A DNA stretch of 64,000 nt, from NCBI GenBank assembly GCA_964608985.1, contig CAZSQU010000002.1, forward strand, positions 50,849-114,848, given 5' to 3'. The stretch comes from an uncultured Spirochaetales bacterium. GTDB lineage: Bacteria > Spirochaetota > GWE2-31-10 > CAYYKD01. Shown here piece after piece: positions 56,025 to 64,000 of the stretch. Position numbers and translations under genes: made by a program. Every line of letters begins with the position of its first letter. The stretch's first letter is position 1. The notes below the pieces were generated by a model. The model ran no database searches. It worked only from the letters and a program-made list of their open reading frames with translations, and was not told the DNA's origin.

Positions 56025-58490
56025 ATGGGCAAATACCTAATTGTGGGTGGAGTAGCAGGTGGGGCAACAACAGCGGCTCGTCTTAGAAGGATTGATGAAA
56101 AATCGGAAATAATAATGTTTGAGCGCGGAGATTATATATCTTATGCGAATTGCGGGCTTCCATATTATGTTGGGGGGACAATAAAAGAAAGAGATTCTTT
56201 ATTTGTTATGACACCGGAGAAATTTTATGCCCGTCTTGCGGTTGATGTAAGGATTAAAAGTGAGGTAACGGCAATTGACAGAAAGAATAAAGAGGTTACA
56301 GTAAAAGATCTAAAAACCGGAAAAGAATACAAGGAGAGATATGACAAGCTTGTTTTATCCCCCGGTGCAGAACCCGTAAGACCCCCGATACCGGGTATAG
56401 AGAGTAATTTAATATTTACCATGAGAAGTGTGCCGGATACAGATGCGATTAAGAACTTTGTTGACACTAATAAACCCCAAAGAGCAGTTATAATTGGAGC
56501 TGGTTTCATTGGAATCGAAATGGCAGAGAACCTTCATCATAGAGGAATCAAGGTTACAATTATTGAAGCACTTGATCAGATGATGGGGGTTCTTGATTAT
56601 GAGATGGCTTCCGAGATACATCAACATCTAAAGATAAAAGGGGTTGAATTTTATCTCGGAGACGGCGTGAAGAATTTCAATCAACTGCCTAAAGGTCTTA
56701 CTGTTGTACTTAACAGCGGTAAAACAATTTCAAGCGATATGGTAATACTTTCAATTGGCGTTAGACCGGAAACTAAACTTGCAAAAGAAGCGGGTATAGA
56801 TTGTAACGAAAGGGGTTTTATCCATGTAGATAAGTATATGCAGACTAATGATCCGGATATTTATGCATTAGGTGATGCTGTCTGTTTCACAAGTCCGATT
56901 ACCGGTAAGATTGTTAACACTTTACTTGCGGGACCGGCAAATAAACAGGGGCGTATTCTTGCTGATAATATTGTTTTCGGCAATAAGAGGGAGTATAAAG
57001 GGGCAATAGCTACGGCTGTTGCGAAGGTATTTGATCTTACTGTTGCTTCAACCGGCATGCCCGAGAAAATTATTCAAAAAGAAAACATCCCGTATTTAAC
57101 AAATATAATACACGCCGGAAGTCATGCCGGTTACTATCCCGGTGCACTGCCAATGAGTTTAAAGCTTGTTTTCTCGCCGGTTGACGGAAGAATTTACGGT
57201 GCTCAAGCAGTTGGTTATGAAGGTGTAGATAAGCGGATTGATGTTATAGCCGCTATAATCGGAAAAAACGGAACTATTTATGATCTACAGGAGGTTGAAC
57301 ACTGTTATGCGCCGCCATTCTCCAGTGCAAAAGATCCGGTCAATCAGGCAGGGTTTGCCGCTGAGAATATTCTAAGGGGGCTTGTTAAGGTAATTACCTG
57401 GAAAGAGTTATTTGAGTCGGATAGGTCTAAACTGCTGTTGCTTGATGTAAGAACACCAGATGAAGTGGAGATAAACAGGGTAAATGGTGCTTTAACTATT
57501 CCGGTTGATGATATCCGTGCAAGGTTAAAAGAGATTCCAAAAGATAAAAAAATTGTTGTTTTTTGTGCAGTGGGGTTAAGAGGGTACTTTGCGTGTAGAA
57601 TTCTTATGCAGTCAGGTTATACTGATGTTTATAATCTTTCGGGTGGTTATAAGATATACGAGCTTGCAACAGGAAAACAGTCAAATGAGGATGTGTTTAC
57701 CCACGATGAATATGATATTGAAGGTGTTGTTTATGAAAACAGGGAGAAAATTGATATGAGTAAAACAGTTGAAGTAGATGCTTGCGGACTTCAATGTCCC
57801 GGTCCAATATTAAGATTGAAACAAGAAGTTGATAAGTTAAGGGTAGGCGAGATTCTTGAAATAAAAGCAAGTGATCCCGGGTTTATGAAAGATAGTCAAT
57901 CGTGGTGTAATGTGACAGGAAATAAACTCATTTCTATCAATAGTGATAAAGGTGTTATTACTGCTGTTATTCAAAAAGGTGAGTCTTTACCGTCTTGTAA
58001 GGTGTCAGATAACGGCGGCAGTGAAAACAAAACAATAATTGTTTTTAGTAATGATTTTGATAAAGTGCTTGCGGCTTTTGTAATAGCTAACGGTGCGGCG
58101 AGTATGGGTAAGAAAGTTACGATGTTTTTTACATTCTGGGGGCTTGTAGTTCTGAAGAAAAAAAAGAGCGGACGGGTAAAAAAAGATTTTATGGGCAAGA
58201 TGTTCGGTATGATGCTGCCGAAATATTCAAAGAAATTAACATTGTCAAAGATGAATATGGGCGGTATGGGGACAGTGATGATGAGGGGTAGAATGAAGGC
58301 AAAGCAGGTCGATTCACTTGAGACTATGATTAATCAAGCTTTGGAAAATGGTGTTAAATTTATAGCTTGCCAGATGTCTATGGATGTTATGGGGGTTAAA
58401 AAAGAGGAGTTGATGGATCAAGTTGAGATAGGCGGTGTGGCATCTTATCTTGAAGAAGCGGATAAGTCGAGTCATAATTTGTTTATATAG
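56025..58490 (+). CDS. multidomain CoA-disulfide reductase / persulfide reductase-like flavoprotein fused to rhodanese, TusA-like and DsrE/DsrF-like domains
   Basis: FAD/NAD(P) pyridine-nucleotide disulfide oxidoreductase with single active Cys (YANCGLPYY) and NAD site VIIGAGFIGIE. Rhodanese Cys loop FCAVGLRG. TusA CGLQCPGP. DsrE-like KTIIVFSNDFDKVLAAFVIANGAASMGKKVTMFFTFWGL. Confidence 0.75.
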   Translation: MGKYLIVGGVAGGATTAARLRRIDEKSEIIMFERGDYISYANCGLPYYVGGTIKERDSLFVMTPEKFYARLAVDVRIKSEVTAIDRKNKEVTVKDLKTGKEYKERYDKLVLSPGAEPVRPPIPGIESNLIFTMRSVPDTDAIKNFVDTNKPQRAVIIGAGFIGIEMAENLHHRGIKVTIIEALDQMMGVLDYEMASEIHQHLKIKGVEFYLGDGVKNFNQLPKGLTVVLNSGKTISSDMVILSIGVRPETKLAKEAGIDCNERGFIHVDKYMQTNDPDIYALGDAVCFTSPITGKIVNTLLAGPANKQGRILADNIVFGNKREYKGAIATAVAKVFDLTVASTGMPEKIIQKENIPYLTNIIHAGSHAGYYPGALPMSLKLVFSPVDGRIYGAQAVGYEGVDKRIDVIAAIIGKNGTIYDLQEVEHCYAPPFSSAKDPVNQAGFAAENILRGLVKVITWKELFESDRSKLLLLDVRTPDEVEINRVNGALTIPVDDIRARLKEIPKDKKIVVFCAVGLRGYFACRILMQSGYTDVYNLSGGYKIYELATGKQSNEDVFTHDEYDIEGVVYENREKIDMSKTVEVDACGLQCPGPILRLKQEVDKLRVGEILEIKASDPGFMKDSQSWCNVTGNKLISINSDKGVITAVIQKGESLPSCKVSDNGGSENKTIIVFSNDFDKVLAAFVIANGAASMGKKVTMFFTFWGLVVLKKKKSGRVKKDFMGKMFGMMLPKYSKKLTLSKMNMGGMGTVMMRGRMKAKQVDSLETMINQALENGVKFIACQMSMDVMGVKKEELMDQVEIGGVASYLEEADKSSHNLFI

Positions 58491-58494
58491 TTAA

Positions 58495-58523
58495 AATGCT
58501 GTCTTACAATGACAGCTTTTTTT
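58495..58523 (+). terminator. rho-independent terminator after the CoADR-fusion gene
   Basis: GCTGTC-ttacaat-GACAGC followed by TTTTTTT. Confidence 0.65.
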
Positions 58524-58639
58524 AGTTATTATTTATATTAATATTTTGATGAAAACATGCAATAAAATATTGACAAATTTTTATAATTTGTTAGGTTAAG
58601 TATTTGTGGATTTAAAATAAAAAAAATGGATTACTAAAT

Positions 58640-59602
58640 ATGAAAAAAACTATTGTTGTCATTTTGTGTTTTCTTCTTACCGGATGTTTAAGTCTTCAAT
58701 ATACAAGACATGTGTTTAATCATAAAACAATAATTCATATTGAACCATTCTCAGAGCTTTATATTCATACAGAAGATGAGACAGAGAAATTGTTTTCAAC
58801 ATACATTAATAATCGGATTAAGGAGCAATTACCTGCCTTCTTTCCTGATCGATTGATAAAACTGTCAGATTCTCCTGAAAATTGCACACAAAAGATTTTT
58901 ATTACATTAAATAGCTTTAACTGGTATGAGGAGACTGAACAATCAGAAACTAATATAACAAGTAAAGATAAAAATAATAATGATGTTATACAAACAATTA
59001 CAACAGAAAGAGATGTTTTATATATGTTTTATACTTATAAAATTGACTTTTCAGATGAAAATAATAATCAATTATCATTAGTTAATTCCGGATCCGTAAA
59101 TGTTGATCTTAGAAGAAGGCAGTGGGTTAAGTATGATAAATATGCTGATTTTGGAGATTTTGTATCAAATCTCTTAAGCAATGCTATAAATAATGTTGTA
59201 TATGCGGCTTTTGGTACATATAATGTAAATTTAAGTGATCAGCGGGATATTACAGGAGTTAAAGTACCATTATACAATGATATATTTAAAAATGTTTTAG
59301 GTAGTATTGCGGCGGTGTTGCCGGAGTATAAAGGGATTTTTTTGAACTTGTTTACCATAGATTATACAATCGATAATTATATAAGACAGAATATAAATGC
59401 TTCAAACAGAACAGATATTATCGATCATCTTCTGGATTTAGTTGAAATGAGGCCTGTTGATCAAAAGATAAAAATTTATTTTAATATCTCAAAACTTTAT
59501 AAAATAGATGGCAACGACGAGATGTCGGACAAATATTACAATATTGCAATGTCTTTTAATCCGGATAGAGCCATATTGAACGAGATAATATTCATTTTTT
59601 AA
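58640..59602 (+). CDS. hypothetical lipoprotein
   Basis: Signal peptide with lipobox LLTGC (MKKTIVVILCFLLTGCLS). N/D/Y-rich mature protein without known motifs. Confidence 0.45.
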   Translation: MKKTIVVILCFLLTGCLSLQYTRHVFNHKTIIHIEPFSELYIHTEDETEKLFSTYINNRIKEQLPAFFPDRLIKLSDSPENCTQKIFITLNSFNWYEETEQSETNITSKDKNNNDVIQTITTERDVLYMFYTYKIDFSDENNNQLSLVNSGSVNVDLRRRQWVKYDKYADFGDFVSNLLSNAINNVVYAAFGTYNVNLSDQRDITGVKVPLYNDIFKNVLGSIAAVLPEYKGIFLNLFTIDYTIDNYIRQNINASNRTDIIDHLLDLVEMRPVDQKIKIYFNISKLYKIDGNDEMSDKYYNIAMSFNPDRAILNEIIFIF

Positions 59603-59817
59603 AAAAGTAATTATAGTTATAAGAAGAAACAATATTTCTAAAAAAATGTGGTTTTTTTAAATTATATTAATATTTTAATTTTTCAGTAAACAGCAAAGTT
59701 AATATTCATATTCTTTTATTAAGAAATATTATTAATAAATAAATGAAATAACTTTGACTTTATTTTATTTTTTTGATAAAAATATAAATGTTTTAAAATT
59801 AAATTAAGGATTTTTAT

Positions 59818-60726
59818 ATGGCATATTTATTTGATCCTAACTTTGAACCTGGTTCTAAAGTTAAAGTAATAGCGGAGATCGGGTGCAATCATAAAGGCGA
59901 CATGTCAATAGCAAAAGAGATGATTAAAATAGCCAAGATATTTTGTGGTGCCAATTATGTCAAGTTTCAAAAAAGAACCAATAAAGAACTTATGACACCT
60001 GAAGAATATAATGCTCCGCATCCTAACCCTATTAATTCGTACGGTGATACTTACGGGGCTCACAGAGAATATTTGGAATTTACTCACGATCAACACAAAG
60101 AATTAATGGATTACTGCAAAGAAACAGGAATTGGTTACTCCACTTCAGTATGGGATTTGACTTCTGCAAAAGAAATAGTAAAACTAAACCCTGATTTTAT
60201 AAAAGTCCCGTCGGCATGCAATCTTCATAAACCGATGCTGACCGAATTACTTGAAAATTTCGGCGGGGATGTTCATATATCATTCGGCATGACAACACAT
60301 AAAGAAGAAGAAGAGATTGTTTCATTTTATACAAAAAAAAATGCAGGTAAAAGGCTTGTAATATACTCTTGTACATCCGGTTATCCTGTTCCTTTTGAGG
60401 ATATTTCTTTGCGAGAAATCGAAAGATTGGTAAAAAAATTTGGTAAAGATGTTAAGGAAATTGGTTTTTCTGGTCATCATAACGGAATAGCGGCTGATAT
60501 TGCTGCCTTAGCGCTAGGTGCGACTTGGTTTGAAAGACATTATACTTTAAACAGAACTTGGAAAGGAACAGACCATGCAGCATCTCTTGAACCGGACGGT
60601 CTTAGAAAGCTAGTTAGAGACCTACATAATGTAGAAAAAGCTCTTACCTATAAGTCTGAAGAGATTCTTGATATTGAAAAAGTACAAAGAAACAAACTAA
60701 AAAGAATGCCCGGAAAACATTTTTAA
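59818..60726 (+). CDS. NeuB-family nonulosonic acid (Neu5Ac/KDN-type) synthase, short form lacking the C-terminal SAF/antifreeze-like domain
   Basis: VIAEIGCNHKGDM...A...I..A....A..VKFQ (NeuB TIM-barrel signature), ~300 aa. Start codon of the next gene overlaps its stop. Confidence 0.65.
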   Translation: MAYLFDPNFEPGSKVKVIAEIGCNHKGDMSIAKEMIKIAKIFCGANYVKFQKRTNKELMTPEEYNAPHPNPINSYGDTYGAHREYLEFTHDQHKELMDYCKETGIGYSTSVWDLTSAKEIVKLNPDFIKVPSACNLHKPMLTELLENFGGDVHISFGMTTHKEEEEIVSFYTKKNAGKRLVIYSCTSGYPVPFEDISLREIERLVKKFGKDVKEIGFSGHHNGIAADIAALALGATWFERHYTLNRTWKGTDHAASLEPDGLRKLVRDLHNVEKALTYKSEEILDIEKVQRNKLKRMPGKHF

Positions 60727-61886
60727 TGACTTTAAAAAAAGTAATATTTTCAGCATTAATACCGATAAGATCCGGTTCAAAATCTATATCTGATAAGAAT
60801 ATTAAACTTTTTTGCGGTAAGCCTTTGTTTTATTGGTCGGCAAAAGCGGCTGTGGATAGCGGTATTTTTAATGGTGGTGTGTATGTAGCTGTTGATTGCC
60901 AAAGATACTATGATATAGTCAAAGATTCACTTTGTGATGTTACCCCAATTATGCGTCCTGATTATACTGCCACAGATACTGCAAGTTCAGAATCGGTTAT
61001 GGAATGGTTTGTTGATAATTACAAATGTGATGTTGTTTCTCTTATCCAAGCCACAACACCGACTGTTACCAAAGATGATTTTATAAATGCATACGCTCTC
61101 TTTAATGAAAAAAATGCGGATTCATTATTAACTGCTGTTAAGTTTATGAGATTTTTTTGGAGAGATAACTGTACTCCGTTTAACTACGATCCACAAAAAA
61201 GACCGCGTAGACAAGAAATGAAAGATCAATTTCTTGAAAACGGCAGTTTTTATTTTACCAAAAAAAACCTATTGAAACAAACAAGCTCAAGACTTGGTGG
61301 TAAAATAGTTATATATACTATGAATGAAAACACTATGATAGAGATTGATGAACCGTCTGATTGGGAAAAAGCTGAGAAAGAGTTTTTGAAACTAACAAAA
61401 AATAAAACAGACTTTAAAAACATTAGAGTTATTATAATTGATGTTGACGGAACATTAACCGATGGCGGAATGTATTATGGCTCAAACGGTGAATCCTTAA
61501 AAAAATTCAACACCAGAGACGGAGCAGCAATATCAGAGTTAATCAAAGCCGGATACAGAGTTTGCGTATGTACTGGTGAAAATTCCGATGCAGTAACATC
61601 GAGAATGATGAAATTGGGTATTACAGATTATCTGTTTGGCGTAAATAATAAAGTTAAAGAACTGAGTCAATGGTTGAAAAATAATTGTTTTGATTGGAGC
61701 CAAGTTTTATATGTAGGCGATGAATTGAATGATAAAGAGGCTATGTTAATATCAGCTTATTCTGTATGTCCGGCTGATGCACACCCGTCTATTTTAGATA
61801 TTGCAAGTTACATAACAAAATCAAAAGGCGGAGAGGGAGTTATAAGAGATTTGGTTCTATTGATGGAGGTTAATCAACAAATATGA
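60726..61886 (+). CDS. bifunctional CMP-nonulosonic acid synthetase (NeuA/KdsB-like cytidylyltransferase) fused to HAD-IIIA (KdsC/YrbI-type) sugar-9-phosphate phosphatase
   Basis: N-terminal ALIPIRSGSKSISDKN...AVDCQ cytidylyltransferase motifs. C-terminal IIDVDGTLTDGG (HAD motif I DxDGT), TGENSD, GDELNDKE (motif IV). Confidence 0.7.
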   Translation: MTLKKVIFSALIPIRSGSKSISDKNIKLFCGKPLFYWSAKAAVDSGIFNGGVYVAVDCQRYYDIVKDSLCDVTPIMRPDYTATDTASSESVMEWFVDNYKCDVVSLIQATTPTVTKDDFINAYALFNEKNADSLLTAVKFMRFFWRDNCTPFNYDPQKRPRRQEMKDQFLENGSFYFTKKNLLKQTSSRLGGKIVIYTMNENTMIEIDEPSDWEKAEKEFLKLTKNKTDFKNIRVIIIDVDGTLTDGGMYYGSNGESLKKFNTRDGAAISELIKAGYRVCVCTGENSDAVTSRMMKLGITDYLFGVNNKVKELSQWLKNNCFDWSQVLYVGDELNDKEAMLISAYSVCPADAHPSILDIASYITKSKGGEGVIRDLVLLMEVNQQI

Positions 61887-63040
61887 AAATCCTTCATGTT
61901 GCAAGTTTTAGCGGAAATGTCGGCGATAACTTAAATCACAACGGTTTAAGATACAAACTGTCATCAATATTACCGGAAAATACAACCTATGACGAACTTG
62001 AAATGCGTAGATTTTACTTAAAATACGATGGCAGTGATAAACTAAAATTTGATCATAATTTTGCAAAACTTGCCAATAAATACGATCTGGTTATTATCGG
62101 TGGCGGTAATTTTTTTGAAATATGGCTTGAAAATTCGTCAACCGGATGCACTATAGATATGCCTGAGTCAACTATTGATGCTATAAAAACAAAAGTGTTA
62201 TTCTTTGGTTTAGGATTTGACAGGTATAAAGGGTACAGTAATTCTACTGAGAGCAAATTTTTATCTTTTATTAAAAACTTAAACAAAAGACCGAATTTTT
62301 ATGTAACAGTCAGGAATGACGGGTCTATGGATCAGTTTGTCGATACATATGGACCAGATCATTCTCATTTAATTAAGAAAGTGCCTGATGGCGGTTTTTT
62401 CGCACAGATTGATGATGACAATAATTATTTGCATAGTGACAAAATAAATGTAATTTTATCATTAGCAATGGATATGGCTGATGTAAGATTCGGTAAAAAC
62501 AATTCAGACTTTTTATTAAATACTTTTGTTAAAAATATTGCTGACTATATAAAAAAGATGATTAAATTTAATAATAGTATTTGCATCGCATTAATACCGC
62601 ATATTTATAGCGATCTCAAAATTATTAATAGTGTGATCGATCTTATTCCCGACTTTATCAGACGAAATAATATCTTTGTTGGACCCTATGTAACCGGAAA
62701 AAAAGGTGAACAAAAAATATTTAGCTTATACAAGAAAGCTTGTCTTATTGCAGGGATGAGGTTTCATGCTAATGTCTGTGGAATAGGAATGAATATACCT
62801 ACAATTGGTATAAATTCTTATAAAAAAATCTTTGATTTATACAGAGAACTTGGCGTAAATGATCGTATCGTAGAAAGTACTGATTTAGATTTATCAGATA
62901 TCTTATTTAAAAAGTCTTGTGATTTAATTATTAATCCTGATAATGCAAAATATGAGAATCTGAGTATATTGAAAGATCTAAATAGTAATTTTGATAATTT
63001 TTTATCAGTTTTTAAGATTTTTCTTTGTAATGGGAAGTAA
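61883..63040 (+). CDS. putative polysaccharide pyruvyl transferase-family protein
   Basis: N-terminal ...FSGNVGDNLNHNGL resembles the NxGD..i motif of pyruvyl transferases (CsaB/WcaK-like). Otherwise unremarkable. Overlaps the upstream gene. Confidence 0.4.
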   Translation: MKILHVASFSGNVGDNLNHNGLRYKLSSILPENTTYDELEMRRFYLKYDGSDKLKFDHNFAKLANKYDLVIIGGGNFFEIWLENSSTGCTIDMPESTIDAIKTKVLFFGLGFDRYKGYSNSTESKFLSFIKNLNKRPNFYVTVRNDGSMDQFVDTYGPDHSHLIKKVPDGGFFAQIDDDNNYLHSDKINVILSLAMDMADVRFGKNNSDFLLNTFVKNIADYIKKMIKFNNSICIALIPHIYSDLKIINSVIDLIPDFIRRNNIFVGPYVTGKKGEQKIFSLYKKACLIAGMRFHANVCGIGMNIPTIGINSYKKIFDLYRELGVNDRIVESTDLDLSDILFKKSCDLIINPDNAKYENLSILKDLNSNFDNFLSVFKIFLCNGK

Positions 63041-63042
63041 TT

Positions 63043-63948
63043 ATGTTAAACAATTCATTCAAATGTAAACTATGTTATAGCAGTTTAGGTACCCTGATAT
63101 ATGACAAAGTTCGAGAAAGTGAAGATTATAAAATATATTGCTGTAATAAATGTAATCATTTACAAATATTCCCCCTCCCAGAAGAGAAGGATAATAAAGA
63201 ATTCTATAATACAAATTCTCAAGCCGCATGGGTAAGACCTGAGATTGATATTAATAAAATGAGACAAACTCTCAATACTGATACAAACAGACGGACAGAT
63301 TTTATAAAAAAAATTATTGATCCTTCTGATTCGATTGTTGAAATAGGAACCGGTTATGGTTTCTTTTTAGAATCAATGAAAAAAGAAGGTTACAAGATAG
63401 AAGGGATTGAGATTAGCAGAGATAGAAGAAAAATAGCTGAAGAATTAAATAAAATCAATATATTTGATATAGATCTTTGCAATATTAATACTATTCCAAA
63501 TATAATAAAAAACAGATTTAACTTAGCTGTTGCATTTCAGGTATTTGAACACATATTAGAACCGCTAAAATTTCTAAAAGGCATTTCATCTCTTTTAAAA
63601 CCTAAAGGTAAAATAATTATTGAAGTCCCAAATAGAAATGATCATATGATTGAAACATCCGATGAATATAAATCATTTTATTATCAGAAAGCTCATGTGT
63701 CATATTATAATTTTAATGACACTTATATTTTGTTGAAAGAAGCAGGGTTTAAGAATATAAACTCACATTTTATACAAAGATATAGTGTAGAAAATTGTAT
63801 GAATTGGGTTACAAACGGGAAACCACAAATAAATTCGCCTTCATTTTATTGTAATAACAAAAAAATTAAATGGTTAGATGATATATATAGAAGTGAGCTG
63901 ATTAAAAGAGGGACTACTGATACCTTAATTGTAGAGGGACAGATTTGA
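63043..63948 (+). CDS. class I SAM-dependent methyltransferase with N-terminal Cys4 zinc-ribbon
   Basis: CKLCYSS...CCNKCNH zinc ribbon, then VEIGTGYGFF (motif I), LAVAFQVFEHI, LKPKGKIIIEVP. Confidence 0.6.
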   Translation: MLNNSFKCKLCYSSLGTLIYDKVRESEDYKIYCCNKCNHLQIFPLPEEKDNKEFYNTNSQAAWVRPEIDINKMRQTLNTDTNRRTDFIKKIIDPSDSIVEIGTGYGFFLESMKKEGYKIEGIEISRDRRKIAEELNKINIFDIDLCNINTIPNIIKNRFNLAVAFQVFEHILEPLKFLKGISSLLKPKGKIIIEVPNRNDHMIETSDEYKSFYYQKAHVSYYNFNDTYILLKEAGFKNINSHFIQRYSVENCMNWVTNGKPQINSPSFYCNNKKIKWLDDIYRSELIKRGTTDTLIVEGQI

Positions 63949-64000
63949 AAATTATAAAGATGATACTCAAAATGCTAATAGTTATGATAAACAATTTTTT

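Overview
This is a gene-dense, AT-rich window, roughly one-third GC by eye. It comes from a diderm, obligately anaerobic bacterium; the phylum cannot be assigned from the sequence alone. Frequent TTG/GTG starts, strong GGAGG-type ribosome-binding sites, and many hairpin plus T-tract terminators with recognisable -35/-10 promoters point the same way. Most of the content is ordinary housekeeping:
- Lon C-terminus, 2-hydroxyacid dehydrogenase, RlmN, RimO, PcrA/UvrD helicase, GatC, tRNA-Phe, isoaspartyl dipeptidase, GMP synthase, MazG, YhbY, tRNA-Val, ribosomal protein L28, GTP cyclohydrolase I, GlgB and Mfd.
- Several signal-peptide proteins that end in a C-terminal Phe, which marks them as outer-membrane proteins.

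The regions worth a second look are:
1. An nrdR-nrdD-nrdG class III ribonucleotide reductase locus in which the catalytic NrdD ORF ends right after its zinc ribbon. The glycyl-radical motif sits in a separate downstream ORF with its own poly-G ribosome-binding site, fused to an NrdH/thioredoxin-like CxxC domain.
2. A promoter carrying two copies of a 16-bp palindrome in front of a DUF134-DUF89-NifX-MBL-Mrp/NBP35 and CoADR-rhodanese-TusA-DsrE cluster that looks like sulfur and Fe-S trafficking.
3. An isolated, B12-dependent D-ornithine 4,5-aminomutase pair (oraS/oraE), and 21 kb away a GlmL/EutA-like reactivase-type ATPase.
4. A 2041-aa surface protein built from Ig-like repeats.
5. A TPR protein with a poly-acidic tail of about 550 residues.
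6. A 180-bp element bounded by 20-bp terminal inverted repeats, lying next to tandemly duplicated small membrane-protein genes downstream of tRNA-Phe.
7. A stand-alone SelB winged-helix protein.
8. A nonulosonic-acid (9-phosphate route) glycan cluster.

I found no CRISPR array, transposase, reverse transcriptase or recognisable defence nuclease.
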